Positions 39,901 through 49,840 of a stretch of 64,000 bases of DNA are shown piece by piece. The stretch is from a virus. The stretch spans positions 32,001-96,000 of IMG/VR virus record IMGVR_UViG_3300035670_000060; one strand, given 5' to 3'. The position numbers were made by a program, and so were the translations under genes. Under the pieces are notes generated by a model. It saw nothing but the letters and a program-made list of their open reading frames with translations, ran no database searches and was not told the origin of the DNA. Position 1 is the first letter of the stretch. Every line of letters starts with the position of its first letter.

Positions 39901-42900
39901 GCTTGGCGTTCAAGTAGATTAAGTGATGAGTAATATTCAAGTTTATTTACACGGCTATCTATTTTTCCAACATCAGCCATTGTATATCGTTTATTTTTAA
40001 GTAACTTAACAGGTACACCGATAGGTTTTGATGGATACGGAGGCACAAATATTTCAGCGATCTCCATTGTATCAGGTAATGGCGGAGGAGTTTGTTGAAT
40101 TGGATATCCAGGCGATCCGTTATTAAACCCAAGTTCACCTCGTGAATTGATATAGAGTTTAGCTATACGACCTTTATAGAATATTAAGTCTGCATCGAAG
40201 TCTGATCCAGCTAATGGTGTATGCAAACCTCCAGGAGGTATTTGATATACGCCTGTGTCGACAGGATTTAAAGATGTGTTTGCTGTTTTGATTGGTCTAA
40301 AATCTATACAGTTTCTTAAATCGTATACTATAGAAGTTTTTGGACTTATATAAACTGGAATGTTTGAAGTTGTAATCGTTGTGTTAGATATAACAGAATC
40401 GTTAATAGGATAAGAATCTACTGAAAGATATCCAACACCCTGTGTAACGTCATGTGTAAAGTGATCATAAACAACATGTAAACGACCTGTGGGTTTATAT
40501 CCAACTCGTGGTGTAATTGTCGCATGTTCATAGCTATTGTCACGCTGACCATTATCAAAAATGTAATTTGATGTGACTATAGTATTAAAACTTGTATTCG
40601 TATTTGCTGCTGTTACAAATGTTGTATCATTAGATTGGTAGATTGCGTGAAGTTGATAAACATCAGCACGACCAAGACTATATGGTCCAGTAAATAATGT
40701 TGAATGTGTATTTGGATTGATATTAGTGTTTGCTTGATAATTTAAAATCTTACGCATTTCTTTTGCGTTTGATCTATCCATTGTAGTAAATACTTTTGCA
40801 CTAAATGTTGTTGCGTGTGCTTCTTGAATATCAATCGTTACAGAGTCTGGTGCTGTTACATTAACGCTTCTTGTTGTACCACTACCGCCGTATCCTGACA
40901 AATCTATAATTGATCCTGTAGGAAGAATTTTTGTAATATTAGAACCAGCTGCTCCTGTAGAATGCGTAGATGTTAAAATGATATGATTGGCATTAGGTAA
41001 ACTTGCAATCGTTTTATTTTCACCATTTATTTGAATAATTTCACCAACATTAAATCTTGTTCGTGGATCAACTGAGACTCCTGATATGGTGTTTGCACCA
41101 ATTAATATAGTTCCTGTTGCAATTGTTGATGTTTGTACGTTTGCACCACCGTTTGTTATTACAACAAAATAGTATTCATCTTTTTGTGCTGAAGAAAGTG
41201 CACCAGTTCCTACAAATGTTTCCGATGAGTCTGTTGAAGAAATGACAGCTTGACCGCTTGAAAAGTTTACATTGTAAACTTTTCTAAATCTAAAACCGGT
41301 CTCAAGTTGACCCTGCTCATCCCTCAAAGTTTTAATTGCAGAATATGGTAAATTAAAAATTAATTTACCAAAAGATTGTTCTTGAAGAACTGCATTACCA
41401 TTTGAGTCTAATACGATATCTGCGATTCTATTTGGTGTGGAATCACTATATAATGATCTAACTTGTGAAAATGTATTTCCAGAATTAACGATAACATCTG
41501 TTAGATACAAATAGTATGATGCTGTGTTTTGACCAGGATTTCCGCTTACGTAATCGATACCTTTAACTCTAGCTGTGCCAATTTTTGTACCTGACAAAAC
41601 TGACGCTGTGTTTTGACCTAACGTGATAGTTTGTTGAGGTGCGTTATAAAGATCAACAGAGGTTGCTTCCATTATATCCCAATCACCCATGACTTCATTG
41701 ACTTCAACATAATTACCAGAGTTGATTTGAGTTCTAACTTGTTCAACATACTGAGTAGCAAGACCTTTTTCTAAAGTTACCTCTTGCTTTATAATAAATT
41801 CATTTCTAAATCCTGAAACATATGACGTAAATGGATCTACTTCAACCAAAAGAAGATTCGTATTTCCACCGTCAACTGACTCATATCTACCTCCGTTGTT
41901 ATTCAAAAGCAAATGTTCACGTATATTTAATTTTGGATCTGATAATGTGTAATTGCCAGATTCTTCGAATGTTCTTTTTGCTACAACTTGACCAAGTTTA
42001 CTTTCAAGTCCAACATCTTTTCTTTTCTTTACAACTCCATTTTCAACTTCAAGTAAACTTATAAATTCGTTTTCATCAGTAGATGTTCCAAAAGGAACTT
42101 TGGTAAGAACTGTATCAATTTTTAATCGGTCTGCACCCGGTGCCTGAAAGTTTGGTGTGCCCGCTGCATTATCCAATAAACTTGTATCATCCAAATAGTC
42201 AACAAAAGATTTTTCAGGAACAAGACCTATTTTATATGAGGGTTCATTTGAATACTTGTCAAGAATTAAAGTTTGTCTGCTATTTTTAATAAAGTGATCT
42301 GAAATATAGACAATACCGTCACCAATATTGACTTTTGAACCTCGATTAAAAATTCTTTCATTTTCTGTGCCTGGATTTTCAACATATCTTGTTGCATCTG
42401 AAGTGGCTGTTAATGCATAAAATCTGGATGTTGCATTTGATGTGAAAATTAATTCATTATTTTCAAACTCAATAGAAGTTCTTTTATCTGTAACTAATGT
42501 TACATCAACAGTATTTGATGAACCATTATTTAATATTGTGTTCGCTGTTGTTGCCGTCAAATTGCCAACTGCATCACCAACATGAATATAACTATTTTCT
42601 GTAATAGGATCTGTATAAAATGCTCGAATAACCGCTGTGTTTCCTGTAGAAAATGTTATTGTATTTCCTATTGTTAGAAGGGTTGATACAGCATTAACGG
42701 AAAGAATGTATGCACCCGAAGACGTATAGTTAATAAATAACGTCTTCGGATCATTATTTTCAAGATCGCTTACGATGCCAACATATGCTTTTACGCCTGT
42801 ATTTGCGGAAATAATTTCTTCATGTAAAAAATTTGTAACGTTTGCTTCAGTCTCATCGTATTCTTGTTGAAGTTTTACATATGATACTGAATAGTCTAAA

Positions 42901-43118
42901 TTTTGTTCACAGCCATCTAAAATATAACCCGGCTTGAAAAAATAATTTGCAAATCTTTCAATTTGTTTTTGCTGAAGTGATTGTGCTTGAGTTAATTCTC
43001 TGGCCTGAACAGCACGTCCAGGCACAAAGAGAACCCTTGCAAATTTTTTATCTTCATCAAAATCATCATAATACGGACTGTTGTTTAAATCCAGTCCGCC
43101 AGGATTCGTATTAGCCAT
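36906..43118 (-). CDS. Large baseplate/structural protein, DUF4815 (VrlC-like)
   Basis: SPYYDDFD...RVLFVPGRAVQARELTQ, APGADRLKI, RTFEESGNY, DPVAQSFYV, PRIRNLRAIALA. Confidence 0.85.
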   Translation of the reverse strand: MANTNPGGLDLNNSPYYDDFDEDKKFARVLFVPGRAVQARELTQAQSLQQKQIERFANYFFKPGYILDGCEQNLDYSVSYVKLQQEYDETEANVTNFLHEEIISANTGVKAYVGIVSDLENNDPKTLFINYTSSGAYILSVNAVSTLLTIGNTITFSTGNTAVIRAFYTDPITENSYIHVGDAVGNLTATTANTILNNGSSNTVDVTLVTDKRTSIEFENNELIFTSNATSRFYALTATSDATRYVENPGTENERIFNRGSKVNIGDGIVYISDHFIKNSRQTLILDKYSNEPSYKIGLVPEKSFVDYLDDTSLLDNAAGTPNFQAPGADRLKIDTVLTKVPFGTSTDENEFISLLEVENGVVKKRKDVGLESKLGQVVAKRTFEESGNYTLSDPKLNIREHLLLNNNGGRYESVDGGNTNLLLVEVDPFTSYVSGFRNEFIIKQEVTLEKGLATQYVEQVRTQINSGNYVEVNEVMGDWDIMEATSVDLYNAPQQTITLGQNTASVLSGTKIGTARVKGIDYVSGNPGQNTASYYLYLTDVIVNSGNTFSQVRSLYSDSTPNRIADIVLDSNGNAVLQEQSFGKLIFNLPYSAIKTLRDEQGQLETGFRFRKVYNVNFSSGQAVISSTDSSETFVGTGALSSAQKDEYYFVVITNGGANVQTSTIATGTILIGANTISGVSVDPRTRFNVGEIIQINGENKTIASLPNANHIILTSTHSTGAAGSNITKILPTGSIIDLSGYGGSGTTRSVNVTAPDSVTIDIQEAHATTFSAKVFTTMDRSNAKEMRKILNYQANTNINPNTHSTLFTGPYSLGRADVYQLHAIYQSNDTTFVTAANTNTSFNTIVTSNYIFDNGQRDNSYEHATITPRVGYKPTGRLHVVYDHFTHDVTQGVGYLSVDSYPINDSVISNTTITTSNIPVYISPKTSIVYDLRNCIDFRPIKTANTSLNPVDTGVYQIPPGGLHTPLAGSDFDADLIFYKGRIAKLYINSRGELGFNNGSPGYPIQQTPPPLPDTMEIAEIFVPPYPSKPIGVPVKLLKNKRYTMADVGKIDSRVNKLEYYSSLNLLERQASEKIVIDDTGIDRFKNGVLVDPFTGSAVADVKSSNYHAAIERTDRYATAYSINSNQTKFVYNSTLSSGLTLLPGRKLILNYTTENFITQPYASTFINLAQELTFTWVGDMDIFPPSDTWLSTTRNPEQDLVIDTSADADNWRALANAWNTEIAPQNAYWIGQPAQVTSSTTRENVNLGTTNQSWVWGGGGWWNFTQTTTTGVDAVTRQTTTNRSSEFINTADVRVGQATSQTVDRVVDVSVSQVMRSRDFIFYAAGVKAGTKMYAFFNEELVTQHCKQIRLLGSTTIQQLADLCDNDGLLPSSALGVYYTIVSDGSLIVSEQNDIYGIFRVPANSFYVGTREFKISDSPTNRLSDTTTYARTSIQASGLTQVKSSITYNTRPSTISFGNRTATGKTRTDSVTTVETARQRESTTTTTVITNQVYDPVAQSFYVDEITYPDGVFVTSIDLYFKKKSSNPNLKVSVEIREMDNGLPTRKTIGGEIVRKPSSGITVNATAQTPTTFTFLNPIFLLPGNEYCFVAKPEGNSTDFEIFTAELGQLDITNANLNTRIDKNNALIGGVLFTSSNDSTWTPRQNLDIKFNMKIAVFSTTTSALATFENIGVGTNFTYSTVQTNMEDLVPSQTSINYEIRTATPSFTLDNYIPIKNLERIKLPAQKQVSNTINETTYSIKSLSLKATMSTRSRYISPYIDLTRGNAIYEDFEINNLTSNTSISGTVTYTSGSNTVIGTGTNFIGEIQGGQYVKFGDNYRIAGDVVNATHMTIVGTFNENNAASQTISIENEENPEGPYISDSRYISRRVALNDGFEATDLVVYVDVNRPSGTDIKVYYKILNENDADSFDSKLYQEMDLVTTKTTSQNEALYSEERYVVPTTIKIGGSRLLNGSVLISTSNNIVEGTSTRFTEDIRIGDTVAVGTARVQRVVTNVVNNTYMTVESAFTTTANTQDIFKVLNNEVQYETPDGRVFEGFKYYAVKVVFLSNNKAYAPRIRNLRAIALA

Positions 43119-43138
43119 GTTTTATTATTCCGATTGAA

Positions 43139-44467
43139 TTAGAACTCAACAATTAACTTTACATCCTCAATCTGATCATCTGCTCTAGAAATTGGACTTC
43201 TATATTCAGTATACAATACATCACCGCTATAAGGCTGTAGACCTGGTGTATTGTTTGCACTAATGTTACCAGAACCACCAGATGAAGTTGTAAATGATGT
43301 ATTCAAAAAGTTCATTGGATATGGTTTTGTTGTGTAAACATAGCTGTTAACAGTATCAACTTCAACAACTTTTGCTGTGTTAGAACCAACAGTCATTGTA
43401 GAATCAACTGTAATATCTGTTGTACTGCTTACAGTGTATCTAAATGTTTGACGATAATTTGTTGCAAGTGCTCTTGTTGTTGTACCGTATGTATATGGAT
43501 CACGAATCAATCCCACTTTTCTAAAGTCGTTTGCAGTAGAAATTGTACCACCTTCGGTACCATCTAAACGAACATTAACCATAGCATATTTGCCACCAAG
43601 TTCTTCTACTGGATCTGCACCATGTCCACCTTTTGGACTAATTACTGCTGTCGCTGCACCACTAGATCCTGTGCCACCAATCGAAACAGTTGCATTATTA
43701 TAACCAGTGCCTTTGTTTGTAACCGTAATACTTCTAATAATACCAGAAGTAACGTTAGCCGTTGCAGTTGCGCCTGATCCATCACCAGTAATTGTAACTA
43801 TAGCTTGTGCACCACCGTCTGTATAGCCTGATCCACCATTAGTTACCTTGATAACATAAATTCCACCATCTTCCGATGCAGCCGCACTTTGAACATCCCA
43901 TTGATCAGAGCCGTCATCACTTGTTAGAAGTTTTACTGGAATGTAATCATTAGTTAGAAACTTCAGTGCGTCTGAAGTTGTAACTTTATACATAAACTTC
44001 CACACATAGTTATCAGCCGTTTCAAAAATATCAGTTGAAACACCTGTTGGTTTTACTGATGAAGGAACCGCTGTAACGCCATTTGCAGAATTACGAAGAC
44101 ACTTATACACATTGTATTCATCTGTCATAACATAAAAATCATCACTCTCAATTAAGTTAGTGTCAACATCATCGTACATTTTATATGTTGTGCCTGATGT
44201 CCAATTGTATCGTGGAATCGCTAATGAAACGTCCGCTGCTGTAGCACGTTTTGCAGCAACCATATCATTCCATGGTAGATATTCGACGTTAGCTGTTGAT
44301 GTTGTTGGTGTAGGTGGACTAGAATCAGATCCACCATCATTTGATGCGCCAAATGCTGATGGTCCGCCTATGTAAAGATACACAACGGTATTTGCTGCTT
44401 CACTGAAACCTTCAGCGAATTGTTGTGCGTTATGAATTCTAAATTTGTGACTTACTGTTGCAGGCAT
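43139..44467 (-). CDS. gp8: Baseplate wedge subunit
   Basis: IPRYNWTSG, FYVMTDEYNVYKCL, DNYVWKFMY, QIEDVKLIVEF. Confidence 0.88.
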   Translation of the reverse strand: MPATVSHKFRIHNAQQFAEGFSEAANTVVYLYIGGPSAFGASNDGGSDSSPPTPTTSTANVEYLPWNDMVAAKRATAADVSLAIPRYNWTSGTTYKMYDDVDTNLIESDDFYVMTDEYNVYKCLRNSANGVTAVPSSVKPTGVSTDIFETADNYVWKFMYKVTTSDALKFLTNDYIPVKLLTSDDGSDQWDVQSAAASEDGGIYVIKVTNGGSGYTDGGAQAIVTITGDGSGATATANVTSGIIRSITVTNKGTGYNNATVSIGGTGSSGAATAVISPKGGHGADPVEELGGKYAMVNVRLDGTEGGTISTANDFRKVGLIRDPYTYGTTTRALATNYRQTFRYTVSSTTDITVDSTMTVGSNTAKVVEVDTVNSYVYTTKPYPMNFLNTSFTTSSGGSGNISANNTPGLQPYSGDVLYTEYRSPISRADDQIEDVKLIVEF

Positions 44468-44491
44468 AATAATCTCCTTAAATAACTAGTT

Positions 44492-44499
44492 TATTTATA
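44492..44499 (-). promoter_or_regulatory. T4-type late promoter TATAAATA
   Basis: Exact consensus upstream of gp8. Confidence 0.8.
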
Positions 44500-44507
44500 T
44501 GTTTTGT

Positions 44508-47500
44508 TTAACGGTATGCATAAACATCCGTATAACTGCTTTGAGATGGAACATTTAGTTCCATGTATACATTATTGGCAACGCTTTTAACTACAAATTT
44601 TTCTGTGTTGTCAATAACAATTGGTGTATCTTCTATAAAATCTGACAAGAATGTTGTACCAGTTCCAAAAACAACATTTGAACTTACATTGACTGTGCCT
44701 GTTATTTTTGACCACACATCGACTGTTGTTAAATATTCGGTGTCAAATGTTATATCTTGTAATGATGAGATTGGTGATAGCGCAAAAACTATAATTTGCT
44801 GCTCACCGTATGTAGAAGTGATTGGTCCAGCTGGTGCACCAACGGCTGCATTTGCACCATCTAATTCTTGTTGTACTATATATTCTGTTATATTATCAGG
44901 TACAACATCAACTAATAGATGATATTCTTTTTCTATACTTTCAGATATACCAACTGAATTGTCGAATTTCGTTCCAATAGATGGTATTTCTTTTTCAATC
45001 TTTTGTGGATCAGAATTAATAGCTGTATTTGCTTCAGTCTGATAATATATCAAATACTCTTTATTTGATGTGATATGAACATCAATTGGTAATTCATATT
45101 CTTTTTCGACCTTTTGACTATGTGGTGCTAAATCACCAGCAAAACCCTCAATAGCAAATTTAATAATGTATTCTTTATCGTTTAATGTGCTTACGTCAAC
45201 ATCTCTTTCTAAGATGATTTCATATTCTTTATTTGATGTAATATGCACATCAATTGGTAATTCATATTCTTTTTCAATCTTTTGACTATGTTCATCACCA
45301 GTTAAATCAATATGTTTTTCAATGATAACTACAGGATCTATATTGGTATCGTTTGTTAATGGTGCTGGATTTAATGCCTCAAGAGGTATTTCTTTTTCAA
45401 TTTTTTGTGGATCAGAATCAATGTGTATATCAATAGGTCTTTCTATGTTTACGATATATTCCGTATGTTCATCACCAGTTAAATCAATAGGTTTTTCAAT
45501 GATAACTACAGGATCTATATTGGTATTATTAGTTTCAAAGAAATATCCTTCTAGTAGAATACTACTTAAATCTTGATGGACTAATTTATATCCATCTTCC
45601 ATTAACAATTCATCAAGGACATTTGTAGCGAGAGGTATTTCTTTTTCAATTTTTTGTGGATCAGAATCGATATGAACGTCAGCAAGTGAACGGATGTATA
45701 TGAAGTAATTTTGAATTGCGCCAACAACATCAACAATACCGGTAAATGTTGGTGTAACATTGATTTCGTTGTAAATAAGAATTTCGCCGAAGAATACGGT
45801 ACCGGCTGGATGTAAAATTTCTTTTACGATACTCGCATATCTTTCAATAACAAGACCGCTTCGTATAACGTATGAAAAATCTTGCCAATACTCAGAATCT
45901 TGAATAACTTTATAATCTATTTTTCCGTCATCATTTTTCCAAAAACCTCTAGACGTTCCAGATCCAACAATAATTGGTATTAAATTAGCATTGCCGTCAC
46001 CTGATCCTGTCATGTCAACAGTTGCAGTTGAGTAATCTAATCCAAAATCAATAATTTCAACGTCTCGTATAGAACCTACACCATATCTTGACTCTACGTT
46101 CGCTGTATCAACTTCTATGTCAGCACTTCTACCTTGAATACCTGTAACCGTAAGTGATGCATCAGCACCACCAGAACTTGTAATCGTAACTGTTGGAAGA
46201 TTTAGATAGTCATATCCTCTACCATAATCAGTTAATTCTATTCTTAAAATTGCACCAGTCGATAAAGTTCCTTCTTCTTTTAATATATCTTGTTCATTTT
46301 CATAAAAAATTAACGTTTCATTTTCTATACTTTCAAAACCATAAAGAATTCTATCTAGTGCATTGTCGAATATAATATTTGTAGCATCTTCTAAAAGAAT
46401 ATTATTTGAGCCGGCTACAGATGCTACACTGCCAATAGCCGTTGCAGTATTAGATCCAATAAAATTTAATCCGTCACCGATAGAATAACCACTACCGCCA
46501 TCATCAATTACAATTAATCTTTGATGTAACATTCCTAGTGGTTCTATGATGGGATCAATAAGAGTGATTACAGGTTTCTTTGCGTAATTTCTACCTCTGT
46601 TTAAAATTGAAATTTTATCAATCTGACCTACTTCATAGTATGTTCCAGCAGGCTCTTCAATAACATATGTGTTCGCTATAGATTCTACAGCAACAATCAA
46701 ACCATCTCCACCAGTTCCTGTATTGTTTATTGATGCGAATAAGTTATTTCTGTATCCATAACCTATGTCATTAATTTTAAGTTTATAAATCGGAGATTTT
46801 CTTATGCTAGAAACTTTTGCCGATGCTGCTGAACCATCTCCAGTTAAAACTATATTATCACCAACATCATATCCAGATCCGCCATCATGAATTGTAAATC
46901 CACTAATTATACCATATAAATTTGCTGACAATGATGAGTCGGCAACATCGTAAATTTGTTCTCCAGCTGCAAATGTACCTACGACAAGACCAAGTTCCAT
47001 TTGTGCAACTTCTGTTTCTGATATAATAATTTTACGTATTTCTACGACTGTACCTAATGCTCCGCTTGTTGCACCAGCTATAGTTTTGTTTAAAAACGAA
47101 AATATATTTTCAGTTACTTCTACTCTAAGAGTATTTGTTTGTTCAAATTTACCATCAGAAATTCGTAAAAGATCTTCACCAGGATACTTAAGTTCAATCT
47201 CCTCTCCAAATAACATTCTAAAGAGAAACCTATACGACTCGTCATTACCTTTTGATTTATAAAAGTCTCTAAGTCTTCTTGCTATAGTTCTTTCGTCGGC
47301 AACTGAACCTTTAGGAAAAGTATCATAAAGTTCTTGTTTCAAAAAATTTACATATTTGTCAATGGTCTTTTCAGGATCACGATATTCTAAAAGTCTACCA
47401 GACTTTCTTATAACATTATCGGAAATGTCTTTAATAATGCCACGTTTTGTAGTGACATCAACGATACTCGAAACATTGACGTATGGTCCAAGTTTTACGA

Positions 47501-48023
47501 TGTGTGCAGTTCTCGCTCCAGCTACATGATCACTTTCTATAATGATGGCTGTAGAATTTATATTGTCTACAATATGATTTTCACCACCAATTCTAATTTC
47601 ATCGCCAATGCTTATTGAACTTATAACGGTATTAGCATATATTTCAGAATAGCTGATAACGTTACTTGAAGCAGTTATATCAAATCGAACTTCTGGTATA
47701 GATTGTGCAAAAATTTCTTCATTATTAAATTGCTTATTGGTCAACATTGTAACAATAAGCTGATTATTTGCCGTATCTAATTGATCAATTTTGGCTTGCG
47801 CTAATGTAGAAGTTCCTACAATAATTTCATCTTTATTAAAAGTTTTTTCAGTTACATTTGAAGGAAAACTTTCATTTTGAAATTCATAAGTTATATTTGT
47901 TGTCTGTAACCATTCATAATATGCAGTTAAAAATTGAAGGAAATTCTGCGAATCCTCTCTCAAGTCCTCACTTAAGAGTTCTTCAATTATAATTGAAGGT
48001 TTAAAATATCCTAAATTTGACAT
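44508..48023 (-). CDS. gp7: Baseplate wedge initiator (gp7-like) with repetitive acidic C-terminal extension
   Basis: FLTAYYEWL, FYKSKGNDESYRFLFRMLFGE, IQDSEYWQDFSYVI, ILHPAG; lies between gp6 and gp8. Confidence 0.75.
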   Translation of the reverse strand: MSNLGYFKPSIIIEELLSEDLREDSQNFLQFLTAYYEWLQTTNITYEFQNESFPSNVTEKTFNKDEIIVGTSTLAQAKIDQLDTANNQLIVTMLTNKQFNNEEIFAQSIPEVRFDITASSNVISYSEIYANTVISSISIGDEIRIGGENHIVDNINSTAIIIESDHVAGARTAHIVKLGPYVNVSSIVDVTTKRGIIKDISDNVIRKSGRLLEYRDPEKTIDKYVNFLKQELYDTFPKGSVADERTIARRLRDFYKSKGNDESYRFLFRMLFGEEIELKYPGEDLLRISDGKFEQTNTLRVEVTENIFSFLNKTIAGATSGALGTVVEIRKIIISETEVAQMELGLVVGTFAAGEQIYDVADSSLSANLYGIISGFTIHDGGSGYDVGDNIVLTGDGSAASAKVSSIRKSPIYKLKINDIGYGYRNNLFASINNTGTGGDGLIVAVESIANTYVIEEPAGTYYEVGQIDKISILNRGRNYAKKPVITLIDPIIEPLGMLHQRLIVIDDGGSGYSIGDGLNFIGSNTATAIGSVASVAGSNNILLEDATNIIFDNALDRILYGFESIENETLIFYENEQDILKEEGTLSTGAILRIELTDYGRGYDYLNLPTVTITSSGGADASLTVTGIQGRSADIEVDTANVESRYGVGSIRDVEIIDFGLDYSTATVDMTGSGDGNANLIPIIVGSGTSRGFWKNDDGKIDYKVIQDSEYWQDFSYVIRSGLVIERYASIVKEILHPAGTVFFGEILIYNEINVTPTFTGIVDVVGAIQNYFIYIRSLADVHIDSDPQKIEKEIPLATNVLDELLMEDGYKLVHQDLSSILLEGYFFETNNTNIDPVVIIEKPIDLTGDEHTEYIVNIERPIDIHIDSDPQKIEKEIPLEALNPAPLTNDTNIDPVVIIEKHIDLTGDEHSQKIEKEYELPIDVHITSNKEYEIILERDVDVSTLNDKEYIIKFAIEGFAGDLAPHSQKVEKEYELPIDVHITSNKEYLIYYQTEANTAINSDPQKIEKEIPSIGTKFDNSVGISESIEKEYHLLVDVVPDNITEYIVQQELDGANAAVGAPAGPITSTYGEQQIIVFALSPISSLQDITFDTEYLTTVDVWSKITGTVNVSSNVVFGTGTTFLSDFIEDTPIVIDNTEKFVVKSVANNVYMELNVPSQSSYTDVYAYR
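45533..45633. repeat. 101-bp exact direct repeat, copy 2 (in gp7-like gene)
   Basis: Identical base for base to 21165-21265. Confidence 0.95.
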
Positions 48024-49840
48024 TATCGATTAACTAAACTAATTGTTCTATCATCCACAACTTCAACATTAATATCAGCATCACGAATAGAAACTATTTG
48101 ATTTCTTAAAGGCAAAATGTCCAAAGAACTAGGATTAGCAGTAAGTTTCAAAGTTACACCGCCATCAGAAAATGCTGTAGGAAGAAAACTGTTTAGTGTA
48201 ATTTTTCCTGTATTGTAGTCAATTGTTCCTGTATTATTATTAACACCGACTTTACTTGATCCTGAAATTCTATACACACGTATAATGCCATTATTATCTT
48301 CTAGATAACACTGATTAAATCCTGCATAACTAAATTCATTTGATGTAAGTTGATTTCCTGCACCGTAAGGGTGAGATGATGGTCTGCCCTCTGTAGTCTT
48401 ATTAATTGGATTTGAGAAAGATACATCATATTTTTTTGATTGTCCAACTTGAACTTCAAATTCTTTTCGTAATGAAATTGTGGTTGTATTGTTTATAATT
48501 GATCTATCCGAAATATCAATTAATCTGGAAAGTTTTGAAAATCTGAAGTATTTTGAAAATTCATTAATATCATCATCGTTGTATTTTTTAATCGTTTCAA
48601 TAATTTTTGATGTTAAAGAACTTTCAGTAATTAATAAATTTCTAGAATCATATTTTACAATACAATTTATAATAACATAAATGTATTCAGGATCAACGAT
48701 TGTGTTTCTAACTGTTAAAATTTTCTTAGCTTTTAATACGTTATTAGTTAAAGTGTCTTTTTCAGAAGACGTTAAAAATTCACCGGTAATTGGTTTAACT
48801 GCAATATAAACTGTGCCGTATGTGGGTGGATCATTATCTTCACCGCCCCAAATTGAAACACTCTGAACATTAGGCTGTCTTAATACAATTGATTTATAGT
48901 CTTCAACGGTAACGGCTCTGTTTTGAGCCTCATAAGATTTTGGTGCATTAAATTTAATTTTGTTTGTCGTTTCAGCTTCAGCACCGCCGTTTGAGCCAAT
49001 ATTTTCTATAAAATTGATATCTGTAACATTAGTAACTGAACCGGTGTAATCAAGTTCCTTTACATCATTTCCATCTGGGCCACTTGAAACCAAATAATCA
49101 GCAATAATCACATTGCCGTCATCCAAAGAAACTCCAAAAGTTCCGTCACCGAAAATTATTTCATAATATCCATCCTCAACTTCTTCAATAAAAAAGATTT
49201 GAGAGTCTTCTTTAACTTCTACTAGATTGTCTGGCTTTGTAAAAATTCTTGTTGTAGCGTCAACCGAAGAATTTTGCACACGAATAGATAGTGTTGTTGT
49301 GTCTAAATTTTTGTTAGAAATTATAAATCTTTGATCTGGATCAGATTTGTTTACGGTAATTCTTTCGTTTCTATATCTACCCTCAGTCAATGTAATTTCT
49401 TTAGAATATACACCAGAAATCGGAACTACAGTTATCGATTCGGTTGTATTAAATGTATATACTGTACCATCAACTTCGCCATCAAATGATGTATAAGCCG
49501 GCAATGTTACGAATGATGGGCTTCCGACTACTGATAAAACGGCAAGACCTGTGATCTTGGCCGAAGATATTGATCTTGGAGTATAATTTAAGGATCTTGC
49601 AAGATTAATTACAGAATTTCTTTTTTGAGCGGTGGCAAGAAACGCTTCATTAGCTATCATATTAAGATAAAAAGAATTGTAATATGTGTTATAAGCAAGT
49701 AAATCAAGGAGAACTTGCAGACCTGAAGCATCAAAATTATAGTCTCTAAATTGATCTTGACTTTTCAAATAATTAATAAAATTAGATTTAATCGCTTCAA
49801 AATCTAAACCATCTACTCGTAAATCCTTGACTAGTGCCAT
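48023..49840 (-). CDS. gp6: Baseplate wedge subunit
   Basis: LDFEAIK, DYNFDASGL, LLAYNTYY, QNRAVTVEDY, WGGEDNDPP. Confidence 0.93.
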   Translation of the reverse strand: MALVKDLRVDGLDFEAIKSNFINYLKSQDQFRDYNFDASGLQVLLDLLAYNTYYNSFYLNMIANEAFLATAQKRNSVINLARSLNYTPRSISSAKITGLAVLSVVGSPSFVTLPAYTSFDGEVDGTVYTFNTTESITVVPISGVYSKEITLTEGRYRNERITVNKSDPDQRFIISNKNLDTTTLSIRVQNSSVDATTRIFTKPDNLVEVKEDSQIFFIEEVEDGYYEIIFGDGTFGVSLDDGNVIIADYLVSSGPDGNDVKELDYTGSVTNVTDINFIENIGSNGGAEAETTNKIKFNAPKSYEAQNRAVTVEDYKSIVLRQPNVQSVSIWGGEDNDPPTYGTVYIAVKPITGEFLTSSEKDTLTNNVLKAKKILTVRNTIVDPEYIYVIINCIVKYDSRNLLITESSLTSKIIETIKKYNDDDINEFSKYFRFSKLSRLIDISDRSIINNTTTISLRKEFEVQVGQSKKYDVSFSNPINKTTEGRPSSHPYGAGNQLTSNEFSYAGFNQCYLEDNNGIIRVYRISGSSKVGVNNNTGTIDYNTGKITLNSFLPTAFSDGGVTLKLTANPSSLDILPLRNQIVSIRDADINVEVVDDRTISLVNR

